From: Acidimicrobiia bacterium
Lineage (GTDB): Bacteria; Actinomycetota; Acidimicrobiia; Acidimicrobiales; SZUA-35
Length of the DNA: 61,083 nt
NCBI GenBank assembly: GCA_003231975.1
Contig: QIKW01000270.1
Location: forward strand, 1 to 61,083
Direction: 5' to 3'
Shown here: positions 8,458-17,391 of the stretch, in pieces
How positions within the stretch are numbered: position 1 is the stretch's first letter
Layout: each line of letters begins with the position of its first letter
Position numbers and translations under genes: made by a program
The notes under the pieces: model-generated
The model's database searches: none
The model's input: the letters and a program-made list of their open reading frames with translations, nothing else
What the model was told of the DNA's origin: nothing

Positions 8458-9309
8458 ATGACCGGGATCGAGATCCTTATGGCAACTTCGGCCCTGCTGG
8501 CTGTGCCTGCCATCGCCAGCCGCTGGAAGATCAAGCCCCACCCGGTTGCGCTTGCCTCCGTATGGTCGGTTGGTCTGGCTGCTCTCATCGTGATGACAAC
8601 TTTGACAATTTGCGCGGTAGCTCTCATCGGTTGGTTTGCTTCTGGCGCTGAGAGCATGGCGTTCTCTCCCCGACACCTGATTCCCTCGGTCCCTTTCACC
8701 GGCTGGATCAGCCTGTTGATCATCACGTTGGCGTTCATCGGAGGGGCCCGGGCGTTCTTCTCCGCCCTTTGGCGCCGCCACTTGCTTTATGAGCAGCTTA
8801 GATTTGCTGACGTCACCAAGATCGACGACGTCGCAGTGGTAACGCTTCCGACTCAGGAGTTCGTCGCATTGGCGGTGCCGGGCCCAAAGGGATGCGTGCT
8901 GATGTCGCAGGGCGCAATCCAGCGCTTAACGGGTCCCGAACTTCTTGCGGTGGTTCATCATGAAGAAGCCCACCGCCGCCGGGGCCATCACCGTCACCTG
9001 CTGCTGGCCCGGGCAGCCGAGCGTGCACTGTGGTTCGTTCCAGGAATGCGGCATGCCACTCGAGCGCTTCGTAACTCGCTCGAAATCGTGGCTGATTCCG
9101 ACGCTTGCCAGGCGGTTGAGGCCTCCACACTCCGGGCCGCACTAGTTGACAACGCTTCTTCCAACGATCCAGTTGCCGCTAAGCGAATGAGCTTGTTGGA
9201 TCAGGATCCCTCTACTCGGTCTGCTCTGGCCGCTCTGTCGGTTGGCCTCGGCCTGGTGAGCGTGCTGGCCGTGGCACTTGAGCTAAGTTGGCTGGGGATC
9301 GGGATCTGA
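8458..9309 (+). CDS. M56-family (BlaR1-like) membrane zinc metalloprotease lacking a sensor domain
   Basis: Four N-terminal TM helices and HEEAH (HExxH). GGGGAGG SD before ATG 8458. Followed by a BlaI-type repressor gene. Confidence 0.75.
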   Translation: MTGIEILMATSALLAVPAIASRWKIKPHPVALASVWSVGLAALIVMTTLTICAVALIGWFASGAESMAFSPRHLIPSVPFTGWISLLIITLAFIGGARAFFSALWRRHLLYEQLRFADVTKIDDVAVVTLPTQEFVALAVPGPKGCVLMSQGAIQRLTGPELLAVVHHEEAHRRRGHHRHLLLARAAERALWFVPGMRHATRALRNSLEIVADSDACQAVEASTLRAALVDNASSNDPVAAKRMSLLDQDPSTRSALAALSVGLGLVSVLAVALELSWLGIGI

Positions 9310-9329
9310 CAGATGGCGGTAGAGGGCCA

Positions 9330-9677
9330 ATGAGACGACAAAGAGGGGCACTGGAGCGCGCGGTACTTGAAGTTCTTTGGGATCACGGTGGCTGGCTCTC
9401 ACCAGGAGAGGTAAGCCAGCGGCTCGAAGCCGACCTTGCCTACACCACCGTTGTTACAGTGCTACGCAGGCTCTACGGGAAAGACATGTTGGCCAGAGAG
9501 TCCGAAGGACGGGCCCACGTGTACCGCCCCCATCGCACGCGCGAAGAGCACACGGCGGTGGCGATGGCCGACATTCTTACTGGGGCCCGAGACCCCGCAA
9601 CGGCGTTGAACCACTTTGTCGACACGCTCGGTGAAGACGATCGGCGCCAATTGCGCCGACTGCTGCGCCGCAGCTAG
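9330..9677 (+). CDS. BlaI/MecI/CopY-family winged-helix transcriptional repressor
   Basis: LERAVLEVLW...SPGEV...YTTVVTVLRRLYGKDML pattern. ATG 9330 lies downstream of the M56 stop at 9307-9309. Confidence 0.85.
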   Translation: MRRQRGALERAVLEVLWDHGGWLSPGEVSQRLEADLAYTTVVTVLRRLYGKDMLARESEGRAHVYRPHRTREEHTAVAMADILTGARDPATALNHFVDTLGEDDRRQLRRLLRRS

Positions 9678-9692
9678 TGCCGTGCCCGTGAA

Positions 9693-10808
9693 ATGAGCAA
9701 TGGGAGGGCCGAAGGCGAGAGAGCGGGGCAAGCGCCACTGCAACTGCGGTGCATGATCATGCGGGGTGGCACGTCCAAGGGGGCGTACCTGATGGCAGCC
9801 GACATGCCTGCTGACCCGGCCGCTAGGGATGATTTGGTGGTTCGGATCGTTGGGTCTCCCGACCCTCGCCAGATCGACGGTATGGGCGGCGCTCATTCAC
9901 TGACCACCAAGGTGGCAGTGGTCGGGCCCTCGTTGCGCGAAGACGCCGACGTCGACTATCTGTTCCTTCAGCCGTCGGTGGCCGAGGCAGTGGTGAGCGA
10001 CCGCCAGAATTGCGGCAACCTGTTGGCAGGAGTCGGCCCCTTTGCGGTTGAACGAGGCTTGGTGCCAGCAACTGATGGCACCACCGCTGTGCGGATACAC
10101 ATGGTCAACACCGCTTCGGTGGCAACAGCCCGGTTCGAGGTTCGAGGTGGCTCCCCGGTCTACAGCGGAGCCACCTCAATATCAGGGGTGCCCGGCTCGG
10201 CTGCGCCGATCCGCCTCGAGTTCGAAGGTATCGCTGGCGGTTCGTGCGGTGCGTTGCTTCCAACCGGCAATGCGGTTGACGTGGTTGCCGGTGTTGAGTG
10301 CACGCTGATTGACAACGGCATGCCGGTTGTGGTTGTTCGCGCCACAGATCTTGGCGTCAGCGGCTACGAGGACTGCGAAGACTTGGACGCCAATTCCAGC
10401 CTTCGGAGCGCGCTGAATCAGATCCGGCTTGTGGCTGGCCCACTGATGAACCTCGGGGACGTATCGACCACCACCGTTCCAAAGGTCACGATTGTGGCCC
10501 CTCCTCGCGCCGAGGGCGCTCTTTGCACCCGCACGTTCATACCCCATCGCTGCCACAGTTCCATTGGAGTGCTGGGGGCTGTGTCTGTGGCAACCGCGGC
10601 CAGGCTGGCGGATTCACCTGCCGCCTCGGTTTCCAACCTGGCCGAGACCGACACGGTTGTATCAATCGAGCATCCAACTGGGACCTTTGAGGCAAACGTC
10701 ACCGTTGCTTTCGCCAACGATGGAAGCCCGTTGGTCCGCCATGCGGGGATTGTGCGAACGGCCCGCAAGCTAATGGATGGCATGGTGTTCCCTCGGCCCT
10801 CCACCTAG
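9693..10808 (+). CDS. PrpF-superfamily isomerase, 4-oxalomesaconate tautomerase/delta-isomerase-like (LigU/GalD-like)
   Basis: MRGGTSKG motif and PrpF-like length. It neighbours LigK- and LigJ-type genes. Confidence 0.75.
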   Translation: MSNGRAEGERAGQAPLQLRCMIMRGGTSKGAYLMAADMPADPAARDDLVVRIVGSPDPRQIDGMGGAHSLTTKVAVVGPSLREDADVDYLFLQPSVAEAVVSDRQNCGNLLAGVGPFAVERGLVPATDGTTAVRIHMVNTASVATARFEVRGGSPVYSGATSISGVPGSAAPIRLEFEGIAGGSCGALLPTGNAVDVVAGVECTLIDNGMPVVVVRATDLGVSGYEDCEDLDANSSLRSALNQIRLVAGPLMNLGDVSTTTVPKVTIVAPPRAEGALCTRTFIPHRCHSSIGVLGAVSVATAARLADSPAASVSNLAETDTVVSIEHPTGTFEANVTVAFANDGSPLVRHAGIVRTARKLMDGMVFPRPST

Positions 10809-10848
10809 GCCGATGCAACACCCGCAAAGCTCAGACTTGGTTCGCTGT

Positions 10849-11544
10849 CTACCGGTCGGGAGGCGAGTCCAGATAGCGAACACCTAGATCGGTCAGACGC
10901 TGGCGTAGGCCATAAATGTCGAGGCCAAGCTCGCCTGCCTGAAGCCTGGCCCGCGTCTCCTCTTCTTTGGCCTCCCTGGTTTTCGCTGCCGCCAGTGCGG
11001 TGGCTGCTTCGGTGCGGGGCACAACCACAACACCGTCGTCGTCTGCGCAAATAATGTCTCCGGGCTTCACCACCTGTGCCCCAAGCACAACCGGAACATT
11101 CACCGACCCCGGAGATGCCTTGACGGTCCCCTCACAGCTAACGTGCGCAGCCCAGACGGGGAAGCTCATCTGGCGCAACTCGGCGGTGTCTCGAACACCG
11201 GCATCGATCACCAAACCACGAACGCCTCGACTCAGCAGCGAGGTGGCCAGAAGATCTCCAAACATCCCGTGGCTCGATGCGGATGTGTTGGCAACCACCA
11301 GAATGTCTCCTTTCTGGCACATCTCAACCGCGGCATGAATCATCAGGTTGTCACCGGGATGGCTGGAGACCGTCACGGCCGATCCCGCAATCCGGGAACC
11401 TTCCTGGATTGGTCGAATGTGAGGCCCCAAGAACCCGCTCCGCCCAATTGCTTCATGAATTGTTGCTGCGCCAAGCCGAGCTAACTGGTCTATCTCGGCC
11501 GATGCGGCCCGTTTGATATTGCGGACAACAACGTTCTTACTCAT
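10849..11544 (-). CDS. ligK: 4-carboxy-4-hydroxy-2-oxoadipate aldolase / oxaloacetate decarboxylase (RraA-like fold)
   Basis: TIHEAIGR...GDNLMIH...GDILVV...RGLVIDAGVRD...DDDGVVVVP pattern. 4-nt overlap with the upstream hydratase gene. Confidence 0.8.
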   Translation of the reverse strand: MSKNVVVRNIKRAASAEIDQLARLGAATIHEAIGRSGFLGPHIRPIQEGSRIAGSAVTVSSHPGDNLMIHAAVEMCQKGDILVVANTSASSHGMFGDLLATSLLSRGVRGLVIDAGVRDTAELRQMSFPVWAAHVSCEGTVKASPGSVNVPVVLGAQVVKPGDIICADDDGVVVVPRTEAATALAAAKTREAKEEETRARLQAGELGLDIYGLRQRLTDLGVRYLDSPPDR

Positions 11545-12554
11545 GTCGGTACCAACTCGTGAAGACCGGGAAACACCCGAAACGCATTGCCGGCGAAGAC
11601 CGCCTCGCGTTCCGAGTCAGAAACCTCGGCCCGATCGATGTAGCGCTTTGTGTCATCGTAAAACTCACCGGTTTCAGGGTCAACCCCGCGAACCGCGCCA
11701 ACCATCTCAGACCCGAAAAGGATGTTTTTGGTTGGAACCACCTTGAGCAGAAGGTCAACACCTGGCTGGTGGTAGACACAGGTGTCAAACCAGATGTGGT
11801 CGGCCAGATGGTGAAAATCCCAACCCGCGTCGGCAGCCATCCCCTTGAAACGACCCCAGTGGTACGGCACAGCACCGCCTCCATGAGGAATGACAAACCG
11901 CAGGCCCGGAAAGTCCTTCATGAAACCAGACGAGAGCGCTTGCATGAACGCGGTGGTGTCTGCCCCAAGATAGTGAGAGCCGGTGGTGTGGAAGTTCGGG
12001 TTGCAGGCGGCACTGACATGAATCATGGCAGGCACATCTAGCTCAACCAGGGATTCCCACAACGGCCACCAGTACCGGTCAAAGAGTGGCGGGCCGGTCC
12101 AGTTGCCACCGCTGGGATCGGGGTTGACATTGCAGCCAATGAATCCCATCTCAGTGACGCACCGGCGCAACTCGTGAACTGATCCGGTGATCGACACGCC
12201 GGGAGACTGCGGCAACTGACACACCGGGACGAAGTTCTGCGGGTACAGATTGCAAACCCGACGGATTAGCTCATTCTGATGCTGGCTCCAAAACGTTGAA
12301 GTGTGTTCGTTGCCGACGTGATGAGCCATCCAACTGGCCCGCGGCGAAAATAGGGTGAGGTCGGTGCCACGCTCGCTCTGAAGCTTCAGTTGGGCTTCTT
12401 CGAGGCTTTGGCGCAGCTCGTCATCGCTGACAACGATGGCTCCCTTTTGACCAACCAACGCGGGGTCGGCCTTTACAGCCTCCACTTGGGCGTCTCGCCA
12501 CCTGCCGACAGCAGGCGGTGTTGTGGTGTAGTGGCCATGGCAGTCAATGATCAA
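11541..12554 (-). CDS. ligJ: 4-oxalomesaconate hydratase (amidohydrolase_2 family)
   Basis: IIDCHGH, NPDP, PPLFDRYWWPLWE, PHGGGAVPYHWGRF and LFGSE resemble LigJ. TTG 12554 lies 5 nt after the GAGGAG SD; the ORF track start is 12662. Confidence 0.8.
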   Translation of the reverse strand: MIIDCHGHYTTTPPAVGRWRDAQVEAVKADPALVGQKGAIVVSDDELRQSLEEAQLKLQSERGTDLTLFSPRASWMAHHVGNEHTSTFWSQHQNELIRRVCNLYPQNFVPVCQLPQSPGVSITGSVHELRRCVTEMGFIGCNVNPDPSGGNWTGPPLFDRYWWPLWESLVELDVPAMIHVSAACNPNFHTTGSHYLGADTTAFMQALSSGFMKDFPGLRFVIPHGGGAVPYHWGRFKGMAADAGWDFHHLADHIWFDTCVYHQPGVDLLLKVVPTKNILFGSEMVGAVRGVDPETGEFYDDTKRYIDRAEVSDSEREAVFAGNAFRVFPGLHELVPT

Positions 12555-12689
12555 TACTTCTCCTCGGTTTTGAGGTCCGCCAACCGGAGGAGAGTGTACG
12601 CAAAATTGTGCACAACTTCTGGCCAAAGGAGCCAACGCGGTCAATACTGAAGACTTGGCCACGAGCTGCTGGCTAGTATCTGCACCGAC

Positions 12690-12703
12690 ACCGACATGTC
12701 GGT
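12690..12703. promoter_or_regulatory. Perfect 14-bp palindrome ACCGACATGTCGGT in the divergent ligJ / ABC-importer intergenic region
   Basis: Read directly from the sequence. An extra ACCGAC half-site copy precedes it. Confidence 0.5.
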
Positions 12704-12719
12704 CAACAAAGGGGACTAA

Positions 12720-13967
12720 GTGATTCAGAAACGATCAACCACGCGGTTAGCACTGCTGTTTGGTTTTGCGCTGGTAGCGGCCGCCTGCGGGGCCGATGCC
12801 GACGACACAGCGCCAGCCAGCGACACCGAGGCGCCTGCGGACGCCGAACCCGCAAACACCGAGCCAATCAAGATCGGGGCTCTCACTTCTCTTACCGGAG
12901 TGTTCACATCGTGGGGGATCCCGTCAAGCAAGGGCATGCAGCTGGCAGTTGATGAGATTAATGCGGCGGGCGGTGTCGACGGCCGCATGTTGGAACTGGT
13001 TGTTGTTGATGACCAGTCAAACCCTGAAGAGGCGGTGATTGCGTTTGAACGCCTGATCGAAGAAGGTGTGGTTGCAGTTGGCGGCACCATCTCAAGTGGT
13101 GTGGGGCTGGCTACTGCCTTGGTGGCTGAGGAGCAACAAATTCCGCTCTTCCTCAGCAAAGCCGGATCGGCTGCCATCCTCACCACCGACAGCCGCTACA
13201 CGTTCAGGACGTGCCTCCCTGCCGCGCCAATGATCGCCGAACCCTGGGCCCAGTACGCAACCGAGCAAGGCTTCACCAGGATCGGCGTGATCATCGCCGA
13301 CTACGAGTGGGGCCAGTCATTCGGAAGCGCAGTCGAGTCTGAGTTTGGGAGCTTGGACGGCGTCGAGTACCAAATCGAAGTGGCCCCTGTGCCCGAGCAA
13401 GACTTCACCACCTACCTGCGGAGCCTTGAAGCATTCGAGCCAGACCTCATTCTTGGCACGGGCCACCCACCAGGCGTTGCTGCTATCACGGTGCAGTCTG
13501 CCGATCTTGGGTTTGACGTTGGGGTCTCTGGGCCGTCATCTTCACTGTCGGCAGTGATGAGCGCCGTAGGCGATTCGGCTATCGGCCGCTACCTCGACTA
13601 CAGCTGCGCCGACTACTTCAGCGATTCCTACCAGGATCTGGCTAAGCGCTACATAGCTTCCTCCGGGGAAACCTTCATGGAAGACGACGCCGTGGCAGGA
13701 TTCGGCGTTGTCACAATGGTTGCCGATGCGGTCAAGAATGTTGGCGACGATCCCGCCGCAATAGCGGCATACCTCCACACCCAGACTTATGACCTGCCCG
13801 GCTATGCCTTCCAGATGGGTTGGACCGAGTGGGGCGAATTGGCAACCTCCCAGCCGTTGTTGATCCAGGTTGGGGCCGGGCCGGCGCCGGAGGGCTTGAA
13901 CACCGGCGGAGACTGGTACCCCGAGCTTTTGCTCTTGCCAGATGTGCTTGAGCCCTATGTCCCGTAA
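12720..13967 (+). CDS. Liv-type (Peripla_BP_6) ABC substrate-binding lipoprotein
   Basis: Lipobox VAAAC, acidic linker, LivJ/K-like periplasmic binding fold. First gene of a 5-gene transporter. Confidence 0.9.
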   Translation: MIQKRSTTRLALLFGFALVAAACGADADDTAPASDTEAPADAEPANTEPIKIGALTSLTGVFTSWGIPSSKGMQLAVDEINAAGGVDGRMLELVVVDDQSNPEEAVIAFERLIEEGVVAVGGTISSGVGLATALVAEEQQIPLFLSKAGSAAILTTDSRYTFRTCLPAAPMIAEPWAQYATEQGFTRIGVIIADYEWGQSFGSAVESEFGSLDGVEYQIEVAPVPEQDFTTYLRSLEAFEPDLILGTGHPPGVAAITVQSADLGFDVGVSGPSSSLSAVMSAVGDSAIGRYLDYSCADYFSDSYQDLAKRYIASSGETFMEDDAVAGFGVVTMVADAVKNVGDDPAAIAAYLHTQTYDLPGYAFQMGWTEWGELATSQPLLIQVGAGPAPEGLNTGGDWYPELLLLPDVLEPYVP

Positions 13968-13973
13968 CAATCG

Positions 13974-14717
13974 GTGACCCTTCTGGAACTGGCCGGAGTT
14001 GAGAAACACTTCGGCGGTCTCCCCGCCGTCGCAGGCGTGGATCTCAAGGTCAACGAGGGCGAGATTCTCGCCCTCGTTGGCCCCAACGGAGCAGGCAAGA
14101 GCACTCTGCTAAAAGCCATCAGCGGTCTCCAGCCGCCAACTCTTGGAAGTATCAAGCTTCTTGGCAAGGAGATCGCCGGTTTGTCGGCCCACCAGACCCG
14201 CAGGCGAGGCGTGGCAATGGTGCTGCAAACCCCGCGCACGTTCCATTCAATGACTGTTCGGGAGAACGTGATGATCGGCGCCATGTTCGGCTCATCCGCC
14301 GGAACAACCAGTGCCCCCTCAATCGCAGATCGGGCTAACGAGTCCCTCGGATTCGTTGGCCTCACTCACCTGGCAGACCAGTCTGTAGACACCCTCAACC
14401 TGCACCAGCAGAGGTTTCTGGAGCTGGCAAGATCCCTGGCAGGCAGGCCCAAACTGTTGCTGTTGGATGAGGTAATGGCTGGCCTGAACGACACCGAACT
14501 GCGGGCCTCCATAGACATCGTGAGGCTGGCGAGGGATCAGCTCGGCGTTACCGTCATCTGGGTCGAACACGTGATGAAGGCCGTGATGAGCCTGGCCGAG
14601 CGGGTGGTTGTGCTTGACTTCGGGTCGCTGCTGGCCGACGGCCAACCAGCCGACGTGATGCGCAATCCCAAGGTGGTAGCCGCCTATCTGGGCGCAGAAA
14701 TCCAAACCAATGGCTGA
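13974..14717 (+). CDS. livG: Branched-chain amino acid-type ABC transporter ATP-binding protein
   Basis: Walker A GPNGAGKST and Walker B LLLLDEV. Confidence 0.9.
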   Translation: MTLLELAGVEKHFGGLPAVAGVDLKVNEGEILALVGPNGAGKSTLLKAISGLQPPTLGSIKLLGKEIAGLSAHQTRRRGVAMVLQTPRTFHSMTVRENVMIGAMFGSSAGTTSAPSIADRANESLGFVGLTHLADQSVDTLNLHQQRFLELARSLAGRPKLLLLDEVMAGLNDTELRASIDIVRLARDQLGVTVIWVEHVMKAVMSLAERVVVLDFGSLLADGQPADVMRNPKVVAAYLGAEIQTNG

Positions 14718-15420
14718 GGACCTCCTTACCGTCTCAGCCCTCTCGGCGGGGTATCTGGGCGAAGACGTTCTCTCCGAGGTAACGCTCGATGTTGCCTCCG
14801 GCGAAGCCGTTGCGGTAATTGGATCGAACGGCGCAGGCAAGACCACTCTGCTGAGGGCGATCTGTGGCCTTTTGCCAACAACCGCTGGCTCGGTCCATTT
14901 CGGCCAAACCAAGCTGACCGGCCTTGGCGCCCACAGTATTGCCCGCGCTGGAATCGCCTTTGTGCCTGCCGAGCGCCATCTGTTTCCAACAATGTCGGTA
15001 AGGGACAACCTCTCGCTTGGCGCATACCCGAAGCGCCATCAACACGCCAAGCTTGAATTTGTATTCGAGCTCTTCCCACGACTGGAGGAGCGCGGGGGCC
15101 AGCACGCTGGAACAATGAGCGGCGGCGAGCAACAGATGCTGGCGGTTGGGCGGGCGCTTATGTCAGAGCCTCGGCTGCTGGTGCTGGACGAGCCAACAAC
15201 AGGCCTTTCCCCGCTGCTGGCAACCGAGGCCTACAGCGCACTAGCCAAGTTGCGGGCCGACGGTCTGACCATTCTTGTTGCCGAGCAGCAGGTGCCGCTT
15301 GCGCTCAGCCTGGCCGACCGCGGCTATGTACTTGATCACGGAAAAATCCAGCTTTCTGGGCAGGCGGCCGAGTTGGCTGACGACCCAGGTGTTCGCAAGG
15401 CATACATGGGGGTGACGTGA
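14710..15420 (+). CDS. livF: Branched-chain amino acid-type ABC transporter ATP-binding protein
   Basis: GSNGAGKTT, MSGGEQQML and LLVLDEP. Confidence 0.9.
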   Translation: MAEDLLTVSALSAGYLGEDVLSEVTLDVASGEAVAVIGSNGAGKTTLLRAICGLLPTTAGSVHFGQTKLTGLGAHSIARAGIAFVPAERHLFPTMSVRDNLSLGAYPKRHQHAKLEFVFELFPRLEERGGQHAGTMSGGEQQMLAVGRALMSEPRLLVLDEPTTGLSPLLATEAYSALAKLRADGLTILVAEQQVPLALSLADRGYVLDHGKIQLSGQAAELADDPGVRKAYMGVT

Positions 15421-16274
15421 CAGCTGTAGTGCTTGACGGAATTGTTCTAGGCCTCCAATTGGGCTTGCTCGGGGTTGGCCTCACGCTGGTCTATGGCCTC
15501 GGCGGCGTCCTCAACCTGGCTCACGGTCAATTCGCGGTTCTTGGAGCAATCGTTATCGCCAGAATGCTCGACGCCAGCTTCTCACTTTGGGTGGCAATCC
15601 CGGTTGGGCTGGTGTGCATCGGGCTGGTTGGGCTCCTCATCGATCTCACTTTGATGCGACCGGTTTACAAACTCAGGGGCGAAGAGCGGGTACTGCTTGG
15701 GCTGCTGTTGATGCTGGGTGTTGGCACGATCATCGACGGGCTACTCGAGTGGCGCTACCCAATTGAGGCTCTCAGCATTCGTATCAGCGGAGACCCAGTG
15801 CCAATTCTGGGGGTCTCCATGCGCATCGGCGGCCTGGTTGGATCCGGAATTGCTCTGGTCGCGGGGGCCGCTCTCTTCGTCTTCTTCCGATTCTCAACCT
15901 TTGGCCGCGCTACCCGATCGGTAATTCAGGACGAGGAAGGAGCCAGGCTGTGCGGCATCAACCCGGCTACGGTCCGCACCACTATCTTCGCGCTCAGCGC
16001 AGTTCTTGCCGGTCTGGTTGCCATTGCGAGGGCAATGACCGCCCCAATCGTGGTGACCGGAGGCGTCAGGCTCACGATTCTGGCGCTAATAGTTGCAGTC
16101 GTTGGCGGCCTTGGCAGCGTGTCGGGCGCGTTCCTGGCTGGGATTCTGCTTGGCGTCGTTAGCACTGTGAGCGCCTTCTACATCGGCTCGTACATAACCT
16201 CGATCATCTTGCTGGCCACGGCCGCCATTACAATCGTGTTCAGACCAAGCGGCCTGCTGGGTCACCGGCCATGA
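15417..16274 (+). CDS. livH: Branched-chain amino acid-type ABC permease
   Basis: Polytopic LivH-like protein with 4-nt overlaps on both sides. Confidence 0.9.
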   Translation: MTAVVLDGIVLGLQLGLLGVGLTLVYGLGGVLNLAHGQFAVLGAIVIARMLDASFSLWVAIPVGLVCIGLVGLLIDLTLMRPVYKLRGEERVLLGLLLMLGVGTIIDGLLEWRYPIEALSIRISGDPVPILGVSMRIGGLVGSGIALVAGAALFVFFRFSTFGRATRSVIQDEEGARLCGINPATVRTTIFALSAVLAGLVAIARAMTAPIVVTGGVRLTILALIVAVVGGLGSVSGAFLAGILLGVVSTVSAFYIGSYITSIILLATAAITIVFRPSGLLGHRP

Positions 16275-17305
16275 CCGCTCCCGGCCAGACTTCCAGGCCT
16301 GTCGGGGCTCGCTCTCCAAGCTGGCAGGCCCCGTCGTTGCTACGCGGCTATGCCCCAATCGGGGCAGTGGCGCTGTTGCTGGCCCTGGTTCCCATCTTCT
16401 TTCAGAATTCACCGTCACGAATGACAGTGATCATCGTCGGAATGCTCTTTGCGGCGTACGCCATCTCGTTCAACATCATTTTCGGCAGCACCGGTCAACT
16501 GTTTCTTTGCACGGGCGCGCTGGCCGGAATCGGTGGTTTCTCATCGGCCATCCTCAGCGAAAGGGGCGTGCCGATGCTGGTGAGCATCCCACTGGGAGGT
16601 CTGCTGGCCGCGCTGGTTGGCGGCCTCCTCAGCTGGGTTGCGGTAAGGAGGTCCCTTGACACCATATTCACCGGTGTTGTCACCCTTGCCTTCTCGCTCT
16701 CTTATGACAATCTGGTGCTGGGCCGCAAAGACCTAACCGGCGGCGAAACCGGGCTGCGGGTTGGGGCTGGGTCCGACACAATTCTTACCGACCAGGTGAA
16801 GCCCTACTACGTCTTCCTGGCTCTCGTTGTCGCCTACCTTGTGCTGTACCGGGCAATCCAAAGATCCCACTTGGGCTGGGCGTTCCGAGCCCTGCGAGAC
16901 GATGAGGTTGCAGCCGAACTGGCAGGCGTGAACGTTGCCCGCTATCGGGTCTACGCTGGCTTGATCGGTTCTGGAATGCTTGGGATCGCCGGAGCGTTGT
17001 TTGCCCATCACCGTGGTTTCATCGGCCCAACAACTTACGCATTCGGCGACGTAGACGTTCGGGTACTCGTGATGCTGACCTTCGGCGGAGTCGGTTCCCT
17101 GCTCGGGCCGGTTCTTGGCGCCATCGTGTTCACAATCCTCGACGAGATCCTGGTTGGCTTCAACCAGCTTCGCATCGTGTTGTACGGCGTCACAATCGTT
17201 GCGCTGTTCCTTGGTTTCCGCCGCGGTGTGATTCCAACCTTGGAGACCGCCCGATCCAAGAAGCGAAGGACGCCAGCTGCATCCACCAAGTCTGCTGAAG
17301 ACTGA
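16271..17305 (+). CDS. livM: Branched-chain amino acid-type ABC permease
   Basis: Polytopic LivM-like protein. Confidence 0.9.
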   Translation: MTAPGQTSRPVGARSPSWQAPSLLRGYAPIGAVALLLALVPIFFQNSPSRMTVIIVGMLFAAYAISFNIIFGSTGQLFLCTGALAGIGGFSSAILSERGVPMLVSIPLGGLLAALVGGLLSWVAVRRSLDTIFTGVVTLAFSLSYDNLVLGRKDLTGGETGLRVGAGSDTILTDQVKPYYVFLALVVAYLVLYRAIQRSHLGWAFRALRDDEVAAELAGVNVARYRVYAGLIGSGMLGIAGALFAHHRGFIGPTTYAFGDVDVRVLVMLTFGGVGSLLGPVLGAIVFTILDEILVGFNQLRIVLYGVTIVALFLGFRRGVIPTLETARSKKRRTPAASTKSAED

Positions 17306-17391
17306 GGGGTTAGGGGCCGGTGAAACCCTGCAGGTCGTCGCTGTCCAAGAATTGATCTACCTGTTGGCCAAAACGGTCTGCATCGCCCCGC

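Noticed and set aside
17035-17391. C-terminal 118 codons of ORF 17035..18372
   Set aside because: There is no HpaB similarity and the sequence is low-complexity. Most of it is antisense to the last helices of livM. I treat it as fortuitous open frame after a truncation.
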